64,000 nt of DNA from Candidatus Hodarchaeaceae archaeon (GCA_030018135.1 JASEGJ010000004.1:31-64030); one strand, 5' to 3'; positions 18,631 through 29,652 are shown, counted from the first letter of the stretch. The notes: generated by a model not told the origin, from the letters alone. Numbers and translations: made by a program.

Positions 18631-19256
18631 AGGTTCACCCTGACCCCTCAAACCACCCATTTCCCAGCCCCCTCAACAACCCTTTCAAAAAGCGTTGACG
18701 GCAAATCTTGACCCAAATTCGCTGACCCTAATTCGATTTTGGCGATTTCTGGCGAAGGCAAACGGGGCGAGAATCTGCGGCATAAATTCGAAAGGAGCGA
18801 TTTAAAGGCTTTTCTTCCTGTTCCCAAGCTGTATAGGGCTGATTTTGACAAGTTCTATACCAGAGAAGTTTCAGATGGCATATTTTTGAGGCTGAAAATG
18901 GGAAAATAGTAAAAAAAGTTAAGATTTAACTTTTATAATCTTGGCAACTCCGACCTTAAAATCATACTGCTATCTCGGCTTTCAAACGTTTGAACGCCGC
19001 CATAATGGGGGTCTGCTATATGAGGAAACGTTTCCTCATGGGTCTTCTCGGTGTGGTCTGAACGCCACCGTGGTGGAAGCCCAACTTTTTTCAGGGGGCA
19101 GAGCCTGCCCTTTGAAATTTTAGGGGAACTCCACCATGGTGGAAGCCCGCCCCCGCGTTTCAGAACCTAGATTTTGAAACCTTTGAGGCCAACGGGTGGG
19201 ATAGCGCCTTGGAGTCAAAAAAAATAAAGGTAGGGAAAACAAAGATAACTCTAAAG

Positions 19257-21008
19257 TTATCGTGCCGTAATTTCTGGCTGTTCTTTAATCAGTAGAATAC
19301 TGATTATGCGGGCATAAGCCGGCCGCGTTATGATCACGGCCGAAAGCACGCCTATGATGGTGATTAGCGCAAAGCCCCTCATTGCCCCGAAGCCGAGCGA
19401 TGCGAGCGAGACCATCGCCGCGATGGTCGTTGCAGCAGCGGCGAAAATTATAGAAAAAGCCCTCTCGATCCGCCCACTTAGGCTCACCCTCCTTGCTTGC
19501 GGCAACCCGCCTCGAAGCACCTCATCTGTTATTATAATTTGGTGGTCCACCCCCGTGCCGATGACTGTGAGGAGGCCACCAATTTCAGGCAATCCTATGG
19601 TCCAACGAATGGCAGATGCCAAGCCGAGCGTGATGATCAGCTCACATAACATGGTTCCCACAATCGCACCTGCAATTTTCAAACGTCGATAACGCAGGTA
19701 AAGTAGTGCCCAAATCCCGATAAGTGCGCCAAGCCCAGCCCTGAGGGCCTCGCTTTTGATTTCCGCACCTAGTCGTGGTTCGATCTCGGTTTCGCCCTCA
19801 AATGATATCCTAACGGGCAACCTTTGAGATAGCAATATCTCCAAATCTTTAGCGTCTGCCTCGGCATCTCTCTTAGATGTCCTAACGCCGGTAATCTCCA
19901 CATCTTTAGCCACTGTTCCAGCGACTTCTGCAGCAATCTCAGGCGCGGATTTCACGCCACAAGCTCGTTGTATCCACTCGTCAATCGATTCGCCAGTTAT
20001 CTTGGGGATGCTCTCAATTGCCGGATAAAGCGTTATGACATTATCGATAACGCTTTCAGCGAAATCTCTTTCGTCTCCAAGGAGAACCACACGAGTTTTG
20101 ATCCCTTCCTGTTCCTGTAAAAATTGAAAAGTTTCGGGCGGTATAAAATCAAATAGTACCCCAACTGCAGGGACCTGCAGGTAAAAACTATACGCGCCCG
20201 CAGTAACATAAAACATCCTTGCATTTTCATCATAAGTCATATCGGTGGGTTGCTCGACCAAAAGCTGTTTGTTGAATACAAGTATCGCATCGTCCGGACG
20301 GTCGAGATACATTACTAGTCTATGTCCACCCTTGCCAGTTGATGCCTCCGCAAACCGTTGGGCACCATTCTCGGAGATTCTAAATGGTACATGATACTTG
20401 TAATTACCATCTGGAAGAGATTCAAGCCTTACCAAACCAACACGCTCAATGTCGCCGCCGCGCAGAACCAAGGTATTTTCGATGAATGCCTCCAGTCTGC
20501 CTTGTCTTCCAAGCCTTTCCTTTGCACGCTCTGGTTCGAGGCCAGAAATCTCAAAAAGTATGAAGTTAAGCCCAACGGGTTTAAATTGAGTACCGATAGT
20601 TCCAAATGGATCAACTCGCGCTTGGAGAATGTGCATAACTTCGTTACGCGTTGCATCGCTTACTTTTTCTTGCATGTCCACAACCTTGCCTAAATTGTCG
20701 ATTATTGTCGCGACTAAATTTTCGGTAACGGCTCTACCGATCTCAACTGTGACCTCTTTGGCAATCTCATTGTAGGATATCGCCCTGACTGTCAAGAGCA
20801 GGTTATCCTTCAGCGTGACAACAAGGTCGTCAAGCACATTCTCATTATCAACTTTGATCGTAACGTGCGATGCCTCTAACCTTAACATTATCCTCGAGCC
20901 ACCGGCGATGTCCACCCCATATTGAATACTTGGCCTTATGAGAAGTGCCGCCGACAAAAGCGCAAGGATCACGAGTAGCGAGATGCGCCATTCCTTAAAT
21001 GCTGACAT
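19257..21008 (-). CDS. secD: Protein-export membrane protein SecD
   Basis: 583 aa. N-terminal TM segment, large periplasmic domain, C-terminal six-TM bundle. Confidence 0.9.
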   Translation of the reverse strand: MSAFKEWRISLLVILALLSAALLIRPSIQYGVDIAGGSRIMLRLEASHVTIKVDNENVLDDLVVTLKDNLLLTVRAISYNEIAKEVTVEIGRAVTENLVATIIDNLGKVVDMQEKVSDATRNEVMHILQARVDPFGTIGTQFKPVGLNFILFEISGLEPERAKERLGRQGRLEAFIENTLVLRGGDIERVGLVRLESLPDGNYKYHVPFRISENGAQRFAEASTGKGGHRLVMYLDRPDDAILVFNKQLLVEQPTDMTYDENARMFYVTAGAYSFYLQVPAVGVLFDFIPPETFQFLQEQEGIKTRVVLLGDERDFAESVIDNVITLYPAIESIPKITGESIDEWIQRACGVKSAPEIAAEVAGTVAKDVEITGVRTSKRDAEADAKDLEILLSQRLPVRISFEGETEIEPRLGAEIKSEALRAGLGALIGIWALLYLRYRRLKIAGAIVGTMLCELIITLGLASAIRWTIGLPEIGGLLTVIGTGVDHQIIITDEVLRGGLPQARRVSLSGRIERAFSIIFAAAATTIAAMVSLASLGFGAMRGFALITIIGVLSAVIITRPAYARIISILLIKEQPEITAR

Positions 21009-21888
21009 AGTACTCCCTCCCCTTCAGGCGCTCAGCATACCACAACACCATGCCCGCGTTTAGGAACCAAGTATTGATGGTGCCAACAAGGATGCCAAAT
21101 ATCAAAACAGCCGTCAACTGGTAAAGCGCCGGAGTTATCGTAATAACATTTATAGTAACAACCGCCAGCAGAGTCGTACCGCTCATCATCAGACCAGTCT
21201 TCATGGCATCGGCCATGCGCTCACGTACTTCGCCGCCCAAGCGCTTTAACACGCGAACTGACAACAGGATATGCGTGTCGACCAAGTAGCCAACCAGCAT
21301 GAGTATGCCGGCAACTGATGCCAAACTAAGGGGTACTCCAAATGCTGCCATGAATCCAACTACGCCCAACATGTCGAGGCCGATGCAGAGTAGAATGACG
21401 CCAACGGTTAGGCTGTGCCTAAAAGTGATGAAGATGATGATCGCCATCGCAATTACGGCGACGGTTATCGCCCACTGCGCCTGCTCCTTATAGATGCTGG
21501 TGATTATTGGCCCCGCTGATTCCGCGCTGTAGCTTCCAACTACGCTAAATTCTTCCGAAAGAATTTCCCTAAGCTGAGCCTTCTCGTCGTCGCTCAAAAC
21601 TTTATCCGTCTCGACATCTAGACCAAACCTGCCTGTTAGGCGGGTACGGTCTTCGGTGGCCTTCACATCGACCCCAGCGCCGAGAAACTCTTTGACCCTA
21701 GGCTCAATAGCACCAATGTCGGGACTATTGTCAAGCTCCCGCACGCGTATGAGCGTGCCGCCCTTGAATTCCATGCTCATGGGAACGCCGCGGATGAATA
21801 TAGCCGCCGCTAGGATTGCCGTTAGAACCAAGGAGACCGCAATCATCTGACGGGAATTCATATGCTTAACTGGCCAGGTGATGTCCAT
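20995..21888 (-). CDS. secF: Protein-export membrane protein SecF
   Basis: SecF family. Start chosen at MDITWPV to avoid overlapping the divergent trmI promoter. Overlaps secD by 14 nt. Confidence 0.85.
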   Translation of the reverse strand: MDITWPVKHMNSRQMIAVSLVLTAILAAAIFIRGVPMSMEFKGGTLIRVRELDNSPDIGAIEPRVKEFLGAGVDVKATEDRTRLTGRFGLDVETDKVLSDDEKAQLREILSEEFSVVGSYSAESAGPIITSIYKEQAQWAITVAVIAMAIIIFITFRHSLTVGVILLCIGLDMLGVVGFMAAFGVPLSLASVAGILMLVGYLVDTHILLSVRVLKRLGGEVRERMADAMKTGLMMSGTTLLAVVTINVITITPALYQLTAVLIFGILVGTINTWFLNAGMVLWYAERLKGREYYVSI

Positions 21889-21954
21889 ATCGCTCCTCTT
21901 TTTTACGTCGTGTGCCGCGTATATAAGTTCGGCGAGGCAAAAACTGGTGATTAG

Positions 21955-22710
21955 ATGATCGAGGAAGGCGAAAGGGTAGTCCTCATAGACGAAAGGGGCC
22001 GGAAGTATTTGGTCGCGGCTGAACCTATGCAGCTTCATACAGATCTTGGTGTAGTCGACCTAAGCACCGTGATCGGACAAGAACCCGGCGCGAGGCTGAA
22101 ATCGCACACCGACAAGGAGTTCATCGTGCTAAGGCCGCGCATAACCGACTATCTGCAAAAGATGAGGCGCGTGCCGCAGATAATGTTGCCGAAGGATGCG
22201 GCGCAGATAGTTGCATACACAGGCGTTGGTCCCGGCGATTTGGTCGTGGATGCGGGCACCGGCTCGGGCGCATTGGCGATATTTTTGGGCAACCTCGTGA
22301 GGCCAAATGGGCACGTGACCAGCTACGAGGTTAGGGAGGACTTTGCCCGTTTAGCTGAGCAAAACATTCGCGAGGCCGGCCTCAGCGACATCGTGAGGGT
22401 AAAGCTCAAGGATATCTACGAAGGTATCGATGAACGAGACATTGACTTAGTGACGCTCGACCTGGCACAACCTGAGCTGGCGCTACCTCACGTCGAGCTG
22501 GCGCTCAAACCCGGTGGACATTTAGCGGTGTTTTCGCCCTGCATCGAACATATCCAAAGGCTCTATCAGGAGTTGCCAAAATACCGATTTACGAATTGCC
22601 GCACTATCGAGTGCCTCGTTCGTGAATTTGAGGTTAGGCCTGGCGCTACCCGCCCCAGAACGCGCATGGTCGCGCACACGGGCTACCTTACCTTCGCACG
22701 CAGGGTGTAG
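21955..22710 (+). CDS. trmI: tRNA (adenine57/58-N1)-methyltransferase TrmI (Gcd14 family)
   Basis: SAM motif VVDAGTGSGALAIFL. 251 aa. Confidence 0.8.
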   Translation: MIEEGERVVLIDERGRKYLVAAEPMQLHTDLGVVDLSTVIGQEPGARLKSHTDKEFIVLRPRITDYLQKMRRVPQIMLPKDAAQIVAYTGVGPGDLVVDAGTGSGALAIFLGNLVRPNGHVTSYEVREDFARLAEQNIREAGLSDIVRVKLKDIYEGIDERDIDLVTLDLAQPELALPHVELALKPGGHLAVFSPCIEHIQRLYQELPKYRFTNCRTIECLVREFEVRPGATRPRTRMVAHTGYLTFARRV

Positions 22711-22722
22711 ATCGGTAGGACA

Positions 22723-23115
22723 TTAAACTAGCCGCGCTTTGTACCCGTAATAAATGACCCCATCTTCGCCCTCTTGCCCCACCCGTCTGAATACCATCTC
22801 TACATCATCGCCGATCTTGACTTGGTTTGGATCGCAGTCCGTAATTTGCGCGGTTAGGCGCGGACCTTCCTCGAGTTCCACTATCGCCAGTGCGTAAGGC
22901 GCCTGACCTTCAAAGCCGTTTGGCGGCACATGGACAACGGTAAACGAAACTATCTTGCCGCGATCCTTCAGCTTATGTGGCTCGAGCTTTCCCACGCGCC
23001 TGCAACCGGGACAGATAAAGCGGGGGGGGAATAACACCCTGTTACAGTTCTTGCATTTCACGCCAATCAGATTGTATCGGTTTGGTATCTCGCGCCAAAA
23101 TCTTGGGACACCCAT
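22723..23115 (-). CDS. DUF35 OB-fold/zinc-ribbon protein (scaffold of the archaeal thiolase/HMG-CoA synthase complex)
   Basis: 130 aa with CKNC...CPGC zinc ribbon. Lies immediately downstream of thiolase and HMGCS on the same strand. Confidence 0.8.
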   Translation of the reverse strand: MGVPRFWREIPNRYNLIGVKCKNCNRVLFPPRFICPGCRRVGKLEPHKLKDRGKIVSFTVVHVPPNGFEGQAPYALAIVELEEGPRLTAQITDCDPNQVKIGDDVEMVFRRVGQEGEDGVIYYGYKARLV

Positions 23116-24279
23116 TTAATCACCCCTCTTAAATATGTGTACGACAGCTGTCCCCCCAGACCCTCCAACGTTGTGCGTTAGCCCGATTTGTGCGCCCTCG
23201 ACCTGCCTTTTGCCCGCCTCACCTGATAATTGCTGTGCAATCTCTACGGCTTGAGCAATCCCAGTTGCACCAACCGGATGTCCTTTGCCCTTGAGTCCGC
23301 CGCTTGTGTTGATCGGTATCCTGCCGCCCAGCGCCGTCTCCCCCTGCTCAGTTATTTTTCCGCCCTCCCCCTTCTTGCAGAAGCCGAGATCTTCGATCGC
23401 CATTATCTCAGCTATGGTGAAGCAATCGTGGACTTCGGCCAAGTCTACATCCCGCGCCTCAACGCCTGCCATTTTGTATGCCGCCCTCACCGCTTCAACT
23501 GTCGCGCGCAAGCCAGTTAATGTCTGACGATCGTGGAGGGATATGGCATCGCTGGCTTGTCCGGTCCCAGCAATTAAGATTGGGGTGTCCGTGTAACGCC
23601 TTGCCTTCTCAGCTGGGACCAAGATCGCACAGGCGGCGCCATCGGTGATAGGTGAACAATCCAATAGCTTTAGGGGGGACGCGACCAGCGCGGATTTCAG
23701 CACGTCCTCTATGGTTACCTCCATGTGATATTGCGCGCATGGGTTAAAACAGGCATTATGGTGATTTTTGACAGCCACCATGGCCATTTGTTCCTCCGTC
23801 GTGCCATATTCGTGCATGTGGCGCCTAGCCATGAGCGCATAGATGCCCGGAAAGGTCGATCCGACGAAGGCCTCCCACTCCTGATCCGCGGCGGTCGCAA
23901 GCGCTTCGGTGGTCTGTTCGGCCAAAATATCCGTCATCTTCTCTATACCTGCTGCGACAACGATGTCGTGTATGCCGGAGGCCACCGCTATGAATGCTTG
24001 GCGCAGCGCTAGCCCACCGGAAGCGCAAGCGGCCTCAACCCTAGTGCAGGGTATTGGCAATAGTCCAGCGTGATCCACGATGAGCGAGGCTATATGCTCT
24101 TGGTGGATGAATTGTCCAGCTGACATGTTTCCAACGTACATTGCATCGATTTGCTTACCGTCAATGCCAGCATCCTCGATGGCTCGCGCACCAGCTTCGA
24201 CAATCATCTGCCTAAACGAGACATCCCAGAGTTCACCGAACTTTGTCAATCCCACGCCTATTATCGCTACCTTTCGCAT
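23116..24279 (-). CDS. Acetyl-CoA C-acetyltransferase (archaeal thiolase)
   Basis: Thiolase-fold protein. Active-site Cys in VEAACASGG. 387 aa. Confidence 0.85.
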   Translation of the reverse strand: MRKVAIIGVGLTKFGELWDVSFRQMIVEAGARAIEDAGIDGKQIDAMYVGNMSAGQFIHQEHIASLIVDHAGLLPIPCTRVEAACASGGLALRQAFIAVASGIHDIVVAAGIEKMTDILAEQTTEALATAADQEWEAFVGSTFPGIYALMARRHMHEYGTTEEQMAMVAVKNHHNACFNPCAQYHMEVTIEDVLKSALVASPLKLLDCSPITDGAACAILVPAEKARRYTDTPILIAGTGQASDAISLHDRQTLTGLRATVEAVRAAYKMAGVEARDVDLAEVHDCFTIAEIMAIEDLGFCKKGEGGKITEQGETALGGRIPINTSGGLKGKGHPVGATGIAQAVEIAQQLSGEAGKRQVEGAQIGLTHNVGGSGGTAVVHIFKRGD

Positions 24280-25338
24280 CTATCTCACCAGCAATCGCCT
24301 AAGCCTAGCATAAGTGCTGTAGTCGATGTTTATCCCGCGGTTTACATAGTCCAGCACCTTGGGTGCCATATCCCGTTTTGTCTCGATGGCGTCCTGTACC
24401 ATCACGCTAAAAGCATCGCTGCCCGCGCCAGAACCGTAAGAGACCATGAGGATCCGCTCGCCCGGTTTTGCTTGATCTAACACGGCAGCCAAACCTATCA
24501 TCGTCGACCCAGAGTAGGTATTGCCGATCTTGACCACGAGCAATCCAGGCAACACCTGTTCGCTCGAGAACCCTAGCTCCTTTGCAACTTGCAGCGGGAA
24601 CTTGCCATTCGGTTGATGGAAGACCGCATATGCAAAATCTCGCGACGTAAGCTGCAGCTGCCGAAGTAGGGCACTTGCCGCAGAGGTGACATGCTTGAAA
24701 TAAGCTGGCTTACCGGTAAAGCGGCCGCCATGTCTAGGGTATGGCTGCATTTCCCTGCGCCAGAAGTCAGGGGTATCCGTAGTATAAGAACATGTGCCCT
24801 CGATGGTGGCTAAAGCCCCAGCGCCATTCTTACCTATTATGAGGGCACCCCCGCCTGCGGCAGCGGTGTACTCCAACGGGTCACCGGGCGCGCCTTGGGC
24901 AGTATCAGCGCCTATTGCCATGCCGTATTTCATCATGCGCGCCTCAACCATGCCCATACATGTTTGGATGCCCGCGGTGCCAGCCTTGCAGGCGAACTCA
25001 TAGTCGGCAGCCGTGAGGTTTGGCGTGGCCTCGATGGCCTCAGCTACTATGGTGGCGGTCGGCTTGACGGCATAGGGATGCGATTCAGAGCCAACGTAGA
25101 TGGCACCGATTTCTTTTGGATCGACTCCACCCCTCTTTACCGCATTGCACGCCGCCTCGACAGCTATGGTCGCCGTGTCCTCATCAGGCCCGGGGACGGA
25201 TTTCTCCTCGAGCAACAAACCGCGCTTGACCCTCTCGGCATCGTCGCCCCAAACCCTAGCCACTTCTTCGACCTTAAGCCGATATCTTGGGATGTAAACT
25301 CCATAACCGATAATCCCAACGTCCATAAATGTTGTCAC
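24280..25338 (-). CDS. hmgS: Hydroxymethylglutaryl-CoA synthase (archaeal)
   Basis: 352 aa with [13 protein letters not shown] motifs. The stop abuts the thiolase start. Confidence 0.85.
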   Translation of the reverse strand: MTTFMDVGIIGYGVYIPRYRLKVEEVARVWGDDAERVKRGLLLEEKSVPGPDEDTATIAVEAACNAVKRGGVDPKEIGAIYVGSESHPYAVKPTATIVAEAIEATPNLTAADYEFACKAGTAGIQTCMGMVEARMMKYGMAIGADTAQGAPGDPLEYTAAAGGGALIIGKNGAGALATIEGTCSYTTDTPDFWRREMQPYPRHGGRFTGKPAYFKHVTSAASALLRQLQLTSRDFAYAVFHQPNGKFPLQVAKELGFSSEQVLPGLLVVKIGNTYSGSTMIGLAAVLDQAKPGERILMVSYGSGAGSDAFSVMVQDAIETKRDMAPKVLDYVNRGINIDYSTYARLRRLLVR

Positions 25339-25427
25339 CCAAGAGTCAAATTTTATGCTAATCGTCTAAGATGGGCGATAAATATCTTTCGATTGTCTAC
25401 AAAAACTTCGACAGTTGCCGTGGAAAA

Positions 25428-26147
25428 TTAGGCTGCGCACTTGCGTAAACTTTCGAGTAGGTCGCTCACGGAGGGCAATCGGGAGATAACCAACGGCACG
25501 CGCAAAATCTCGGCGATTTTTATGCCCAAGGGATCTACCTGTTTAAGCTCGCCGTGGAAAATTACCATGCCGGGTGTAATTCCCATAACCTTTACTGCGA
25601 CCATGGGCGAGCGCCCAGTTGTAACACCAGTGAATACGAGTGCCCGCTCGGTGGTCAGGCCGTAAAGCCTAGTAAAATCGTCCGCCGAGAGCCCAATTAC
25701 GGCTTTATAGCTATCAACGATGGTGTAGCCGAAGAGCTTTTGATCGAGCAATTCCTTGTTTATGATGACCTCGCCTTCGACTGCCTTGCAAAGCGTCTTT
25801 CCGTCTATTGGCTCCCTGAATTCGCGTATGTCAAGCACGATGTCGGGCGGTAGCTGGGTGCCAAACATGTGCATAAAAGCCCGCGCGACCTGCCCCCCCT
25901 GTTTCTCATCTACCTTGATGAACATCTCAACAATGCGCCTTACAGTGGCCACTCCCGGCGATTTGCGCCGCCCCGCCTCGTAGTCGCTTATTACAGAGGA
26001 GGAGATGTGAAGGGCTTCCGCGAGCGTGGTTTGACTCATGCCGAATATTTCTCTCCACCTCTTGAGGGCGGAGCCGGGGTCCTCTGATAATGCGATGTCC
26101 CCAGCTATCCATCGCGCAACCCTGTCCTTTATTGGGTCCGGAAACAT
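25428..26147 (-). CDS. HTH (XRE-type) transcriptional regulator with uncharacterised C-terminal domain
   Basis: N-terminal MSQTTLAEALHISSSVISDYEAG helix-turn-helix. Confidence 0.5.
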   Translation of the reverse strand: MFPDPIKDRVARWIAGDIALSEDPGSALKRWREIFGMSQTTLAEALHISSSVISDYEAGRRKSPGVATVRRIVEMFIKVDEKQGGQVARAFMHMFGTQLPPDIVLDIREFREPIDGKTLCKAVEGEVIINKELLDQKLFGYTIVDSYKAVIGLSADDFTRLYGLTTERALVFTGVTTGRSPMVAVKVMGITPGMVIFHGELKQVDPLGIKIAEILRVPLVISRLPSVSDLLESLRKCAA

Positions 26148-26221
26148 CGGCGCACCATCTACCTATCAGTCTCAAGGCATAAATTTATTCAGAATTAGCC
26201 CGTTGATGAACGCCGAAAGAT

Positions 26222-26800
26222 CTACTTGATTTTTCCGAGTTCTTTCACCAACTTGAGCACATCGGCTTTTGTCACGATGCCTGCCGCTCGGCCGCGGTCT
26301 ATAACCAGAACGGCCGGATTATGCTCGAGCAAATGATAGACAGTATCGATATCTGTGTCTTTGCTAATACTTGGAAATGGATTATCCATCGTCTCTTCGA
26401 CATTTCGTCGCACGAGCTTAAACATATCCTCGCCATCGGCGATTTTACGCATAATTGTCGTTTCAGATATAGCACCCACCTGTGTTGCACCATCTAATAT
26501 GGGAAGTTGGGATATGTTATAGGACTCCATTAACCGAATGGCTTTCTCAATTTTATCGTTTGGTCTGACGGAGATAATTGGCGTAGCCATTATTTGTCCA
26601 GCCGTAACACGTTTTTCGACCCTCGCCCTTTTAAGTGCCGTTAGGATTTTTTCAAGTGTCGAAACTCGAGGGTCCGCCGTGCCAGCCTCGATTTTGGCAA
26701 TATAGGCTTGGGTTACCCCCGCAAGCTCCGCTAATTGCGCCTGCGTCAGGCCAAGCTTTGCACGCAGGGTCCGTATCTCCGTGGGCTTCAGGATTCGCAT
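26222..26800 (-). CDS. HTH (XRE-type) plus CBS-pair transcriptional regulator
   Basis: LGLTQAQLAELAGVTQAYIAKIE HTH followed by two CBS motifs. Confidence 0.7.
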   Translation of the reverse strand: MRILKPTEIRTLRAKLGLTQAQLAELAGVTQAYIAKIEAGTADPRVSTLEKILTALKRARVEKRVTAGQIMATPIISVRPNDKIEKAIRLMESYNISQLPILDGATQVGAISETTIMRKIADGEDMFKLVRRNVEETMDNPFPSISKDTDIDTVYHLLEHNPAVLVIDRGRAAGIVTKADVLKLVKELGKIK

Positions 26801-26888
26801 CTGATCGCCGAATAATCCTACTAGTTATTTTTCCGGGAAAAACCTATAAATAGCTCACCTAAATAATCCAAATCCGCGAGGTGCGAAA

Positions 26889-28100
26889 TTGAAGCGAAAT
26901 ACGATGGTGGAAGAGTTCAAACAAATTCCTCTCCAAAAACAAAAATTGGAAATAGTGGAAAGGAAGGGCCTTGGTCACCCGGACTCGATATGTGATGCAA
27001 TTTTAGATCAAGTTTCGATAAAGTTGAACCAAGAGTATTTGAAAAAGTTTGGAGCGATAATGCACTACAATGCCGATAAATCGTTGCTTGTCGCCGGCGA
27101 AGTTGAGACAAAATTTGGTGGTGGGGCGGTGAAACTGCCGATGCTTCTAATTTTTGGTGATAGGGCAACTTCAGAGGTCGAAGGAGTGAGCGTACCAGTC
27201 GAGGAGATAGCCATTCGGGCCGCCAAGGATTGGTTTAGGGAAAATCTCAGATTTGTGGATCCTGAAAAGCATGTGAAGTATCAGGTTGAACTCAAGCCGG
27301 GTTCAGCAGCGCTCATGGATATTTTCAAGAGAAAGGGAAAGGTTTTAAGTGCCAATGATACATCTGCCGCGGTTGGCTACGCGCCGATGACTAAAACCGA
27401 AGAACTTGTGCTTAATGTGGAGAAACACATAAACTCGAAGGGATTCAAAAAGGAGTTCCCCGAAACGGGCGAAGATGTAAAGGTGATGGGGTTTAGGAAA
27501 AATGATGAACTGAATTTGACTATTTCCATAGCTTTTGTGGACATGTTTGTCGAGGACGAAAATGATTACTTCAGAAAAAAAGCTGAGGTCAGCGAGAGGA
27601 TATTACCATTTGTCAGGGAAAACTCAGATTTCGAAAAAATTACAGTTAACGTTAACACGCTGGACATGCCAGGGCGAGGGATAGGCGGAGTTTATTTAAC
27701 AGTGCTTGGCACAAGTGCGGATGGCGCGGACTCTGGTCAAGTCGGGAGGGGGAATAGGGTCAACGGCGTGATCCCCCTTAATAGGCATGTGAGTTCAGAA
27801 GCGGCGGCTGGCAAGAATCCCATGAGTCATGTTGGCAAGATTTATAATATCCTCTCGCACCGCACCGCAAGTCGGATATACGATCAAGTGCCGGGCATAG
27901 AGGAAGTTTATGTTTGGTTGGTTAGCCAGATAGGACAACCTATCGATCAACCCGCCATCGCCGCGGCGCGGGTTATAACTAAGCCTGGGACCTCCATTGA
28001 GGACATTCAAGCGGAGATAGAAGAGGTAATGAACTCCGAGCTTGAAAACATAGATAAGTTTTGTATGGAATTGGCACATGGAAAAATCTCTGTCTGTTAA
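26889..28100 (+). CDS. metK: S-adenosylmethionine synthetase, archaeal type
   Basis: Contains IVERKGLGHPDSICD, which is diagnostic of archaeal MAT. 403 aa. Confidence 0.9.
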   Translation: MKRNTMVEEFKQIPLQKQKLEIVERKGLGHPDSICDAILDQVSIKLNQEYLKKFGAIMHYNADKSLLVAGEVETKFGGGAVKLPMLLIFGDRATSEVEGVSVPVEEIAIRAAKDWFRENLRFVDPEKHVKYQVELKPGSAALMDIFKRKGKVLSANDTSAAVGYAPMTKTEELVLNVEKHINSKGFKKEFPETGEDVKVMGFRKNDELNLTISIAFVDMFVEDENDYFRKKAEVSERILPFVRENSDFEKITVNVNTLDMPGRGIGGVYLTVLGTSADGADSGQVGRGNRVNGVIPLNRHVSSEAAAGKNPMSHVGKIYNILSHRTASRIYDQVPGIEEVYVWLVSQIGQPIDQPAIAAARVITKPGTSIEDIQAEIEEVMNSELENIDKFCMELAHGKISVC

Positions 28101-29652
28101 TCACGCTCGAGCTGGCGGTGGTACAATTTTTGAAATTCTTCACCGCGATGGCATGGGCAGGGTTGGGAAGCTCAGCACCAGCCATGGCGATGTGACCACG
28201 CCGACTTTGATGCCGGTCATAGACCCCTCGGACATGGTCTTGCCACCGCAGGAGTTGCGCACCGACTTCGGCGTTGAACTTGTAATAACAAATGCTTACC
28301 TGGCGCTACGCCGCTTCGGGCAGGAAGCGATCGAGCGCGGAATTCATGGCACACTTGATTACGATGGTCCGATAATGACCGACTCGGGAGGATATCAAAT
28401 TCTCCGCTACGGTGCTATAGAAGTTGGGCCGGAGGAAATCGTGCGCTACCAAGATGCGATCGCCCCAGATATCGCAACCATACTCGACATTCCAACCGGT
28501 ATTGGGGCGAGCAGGGAACGCGCCCTCGAGACGGTCAGGACAACACTTGAACGAGCAAAACAGGCGATTGGGTTCAGGTCGAATCCAAAGGTAGCGTGGT
28601 GCGGTCCAGTACAAGGGGGCATATTTTCAGACCTCGTGGCTGAGTACGCTCGGGAAATAGGAAGGCTAGATTATCAGCTGCATGCCATCGGCAGTCCAGT
28701 TGAGCTACTTGAGAACTACCGCTATGCCGAGATCGTGGATCTAGTTATGACAGCAAAACAGCACTTGCCGCTCGAACGCCTCGTGCACCTGTTCGGCGCC
28801 GGACATCCGATGATTTTGGCGCTCGCGGTGGCAATGGGATGCGACCTATTTGACTCGGCAGCATATGTGTTGTACGCACGGGGCGGTAGATACATGACCT
28901 CTAGCAAGACGCTGCGCTTGGACGAGCTAGCTTGTCTTCCGTGCGAGTGTAAAATTTGCACCGAACACTCGCTCGATGAAATAAAGAAGGCACGACCAGA
29001 CGAGCGCGTCAAGTTGCTGGCCAAACATAACCTGCATGTCACGTTTGGCGAGCTCAGGCGAATAAGGCAGGCCATCGTCGAGGGAAGGCTTTGGGAATAC
29101 GTCGAGATGAAATGTCGCGCCCATCCGCGGTTGTTAAATGCGTTGCGGCGGCTGGCAAGGTATCGGGATTACATTGAGCGCTTCGACCCGGTGAGCAAGC
29201 CATCAGCCTTTTGTTATCTTGGGCCAGAGTCCGCGGATCGGCCGGAGGTCGTACGTTACGCCAAGAGGCTGGCAGAGCGCTACAGGCCACCCCACCTGCC
29301 GACTTTGGCACTGGTGCCAACATTTGAGCGGGAACGACCAAAGCTGGAAAAACCTGGGCAGACCCACATAGTAAGGCTAATACCACCATTCGGAGTAGTG
29401 CCGGAAGAACTTGAGGATGTCTACCCGCTGGGACAATTTCAGGTGCCACAGGAACTCGACGAGCGACAAATCCAATCCACGGTTGCCGCGCTTTCGAACT
29501 ACTTACAAAAGTTCGCGGGTTATTATGAACGTATTTTATTGTTCGATGATCCCGTCCATTGGGGAACTACGCTGGTCGAGGCATGTGGACAGGTTGGCGA
29601 AAAGCTAGAGGTGATTCCTCTTAGCTCGTTAGCGAGTGGCGAAGTCGTTTAA
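28078..29652 (+). CDS. tgtA: Archaeosine tRNA-guanine transglycosylase (arcTGT)
   Basis: FEILHRDGMGRVGKL...PTLMPV TGT N-terminus. Zn-binding CxCxxC...H at CLPCECKICTEH. 524 aa. Confidence 0.85.
   Translation: MEKSLSVNHARAGGGTIFEILHRDGMGRVGKLSTSHGDVTTPTLMPVIDPSDMVLPPQELRTDFGVELVITNAYLALRRFGQEAIERGIHGTLDYDGPIMTDSGGYQILRYGAIEVGPEEIVRYQDAIAPDIATILDIPTGIGASRERALETVRTTLERAKQAIGFRSNPKVAWCGPVQGGIFSDLVAEYAREIGRLDYQLHAIGSPVELLENYRYAEIVDLVMTAKQHLPLERLVHLFGAGHPMILALAVAMGCDLFDSAAYVLYARGGRYMTSSKTLRLDELACLPCECKICTEHSLDEIKKARPDERVKLLAKHNLHVTFGELRRIRQAIVEGRLWEYVEMKCRAHPRLLNALRRLARYRDYIERFDPVSKPSAFCYLGPESADRPEVVRYAKRLAERYRPPHLPTLALVPTFERERPKLEKPGQTHIVRLIPPFGVVPEELEDVYPLGQFQVPQELDERQIQSTVAALSNYLQKFAGYYERILLFDDPVHWGTTLVEACGQVGEKLEVIPLSSLASGEVV

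Noticed and set aside
17285-19256. Searched for a CRISPR array next to the Cas1 fragment
   Set aside because: Only two-copy repeats were found (12-mer tandem, 26-mer pair, 18-mer pair). There is no regular repeat-spacer periodicity.
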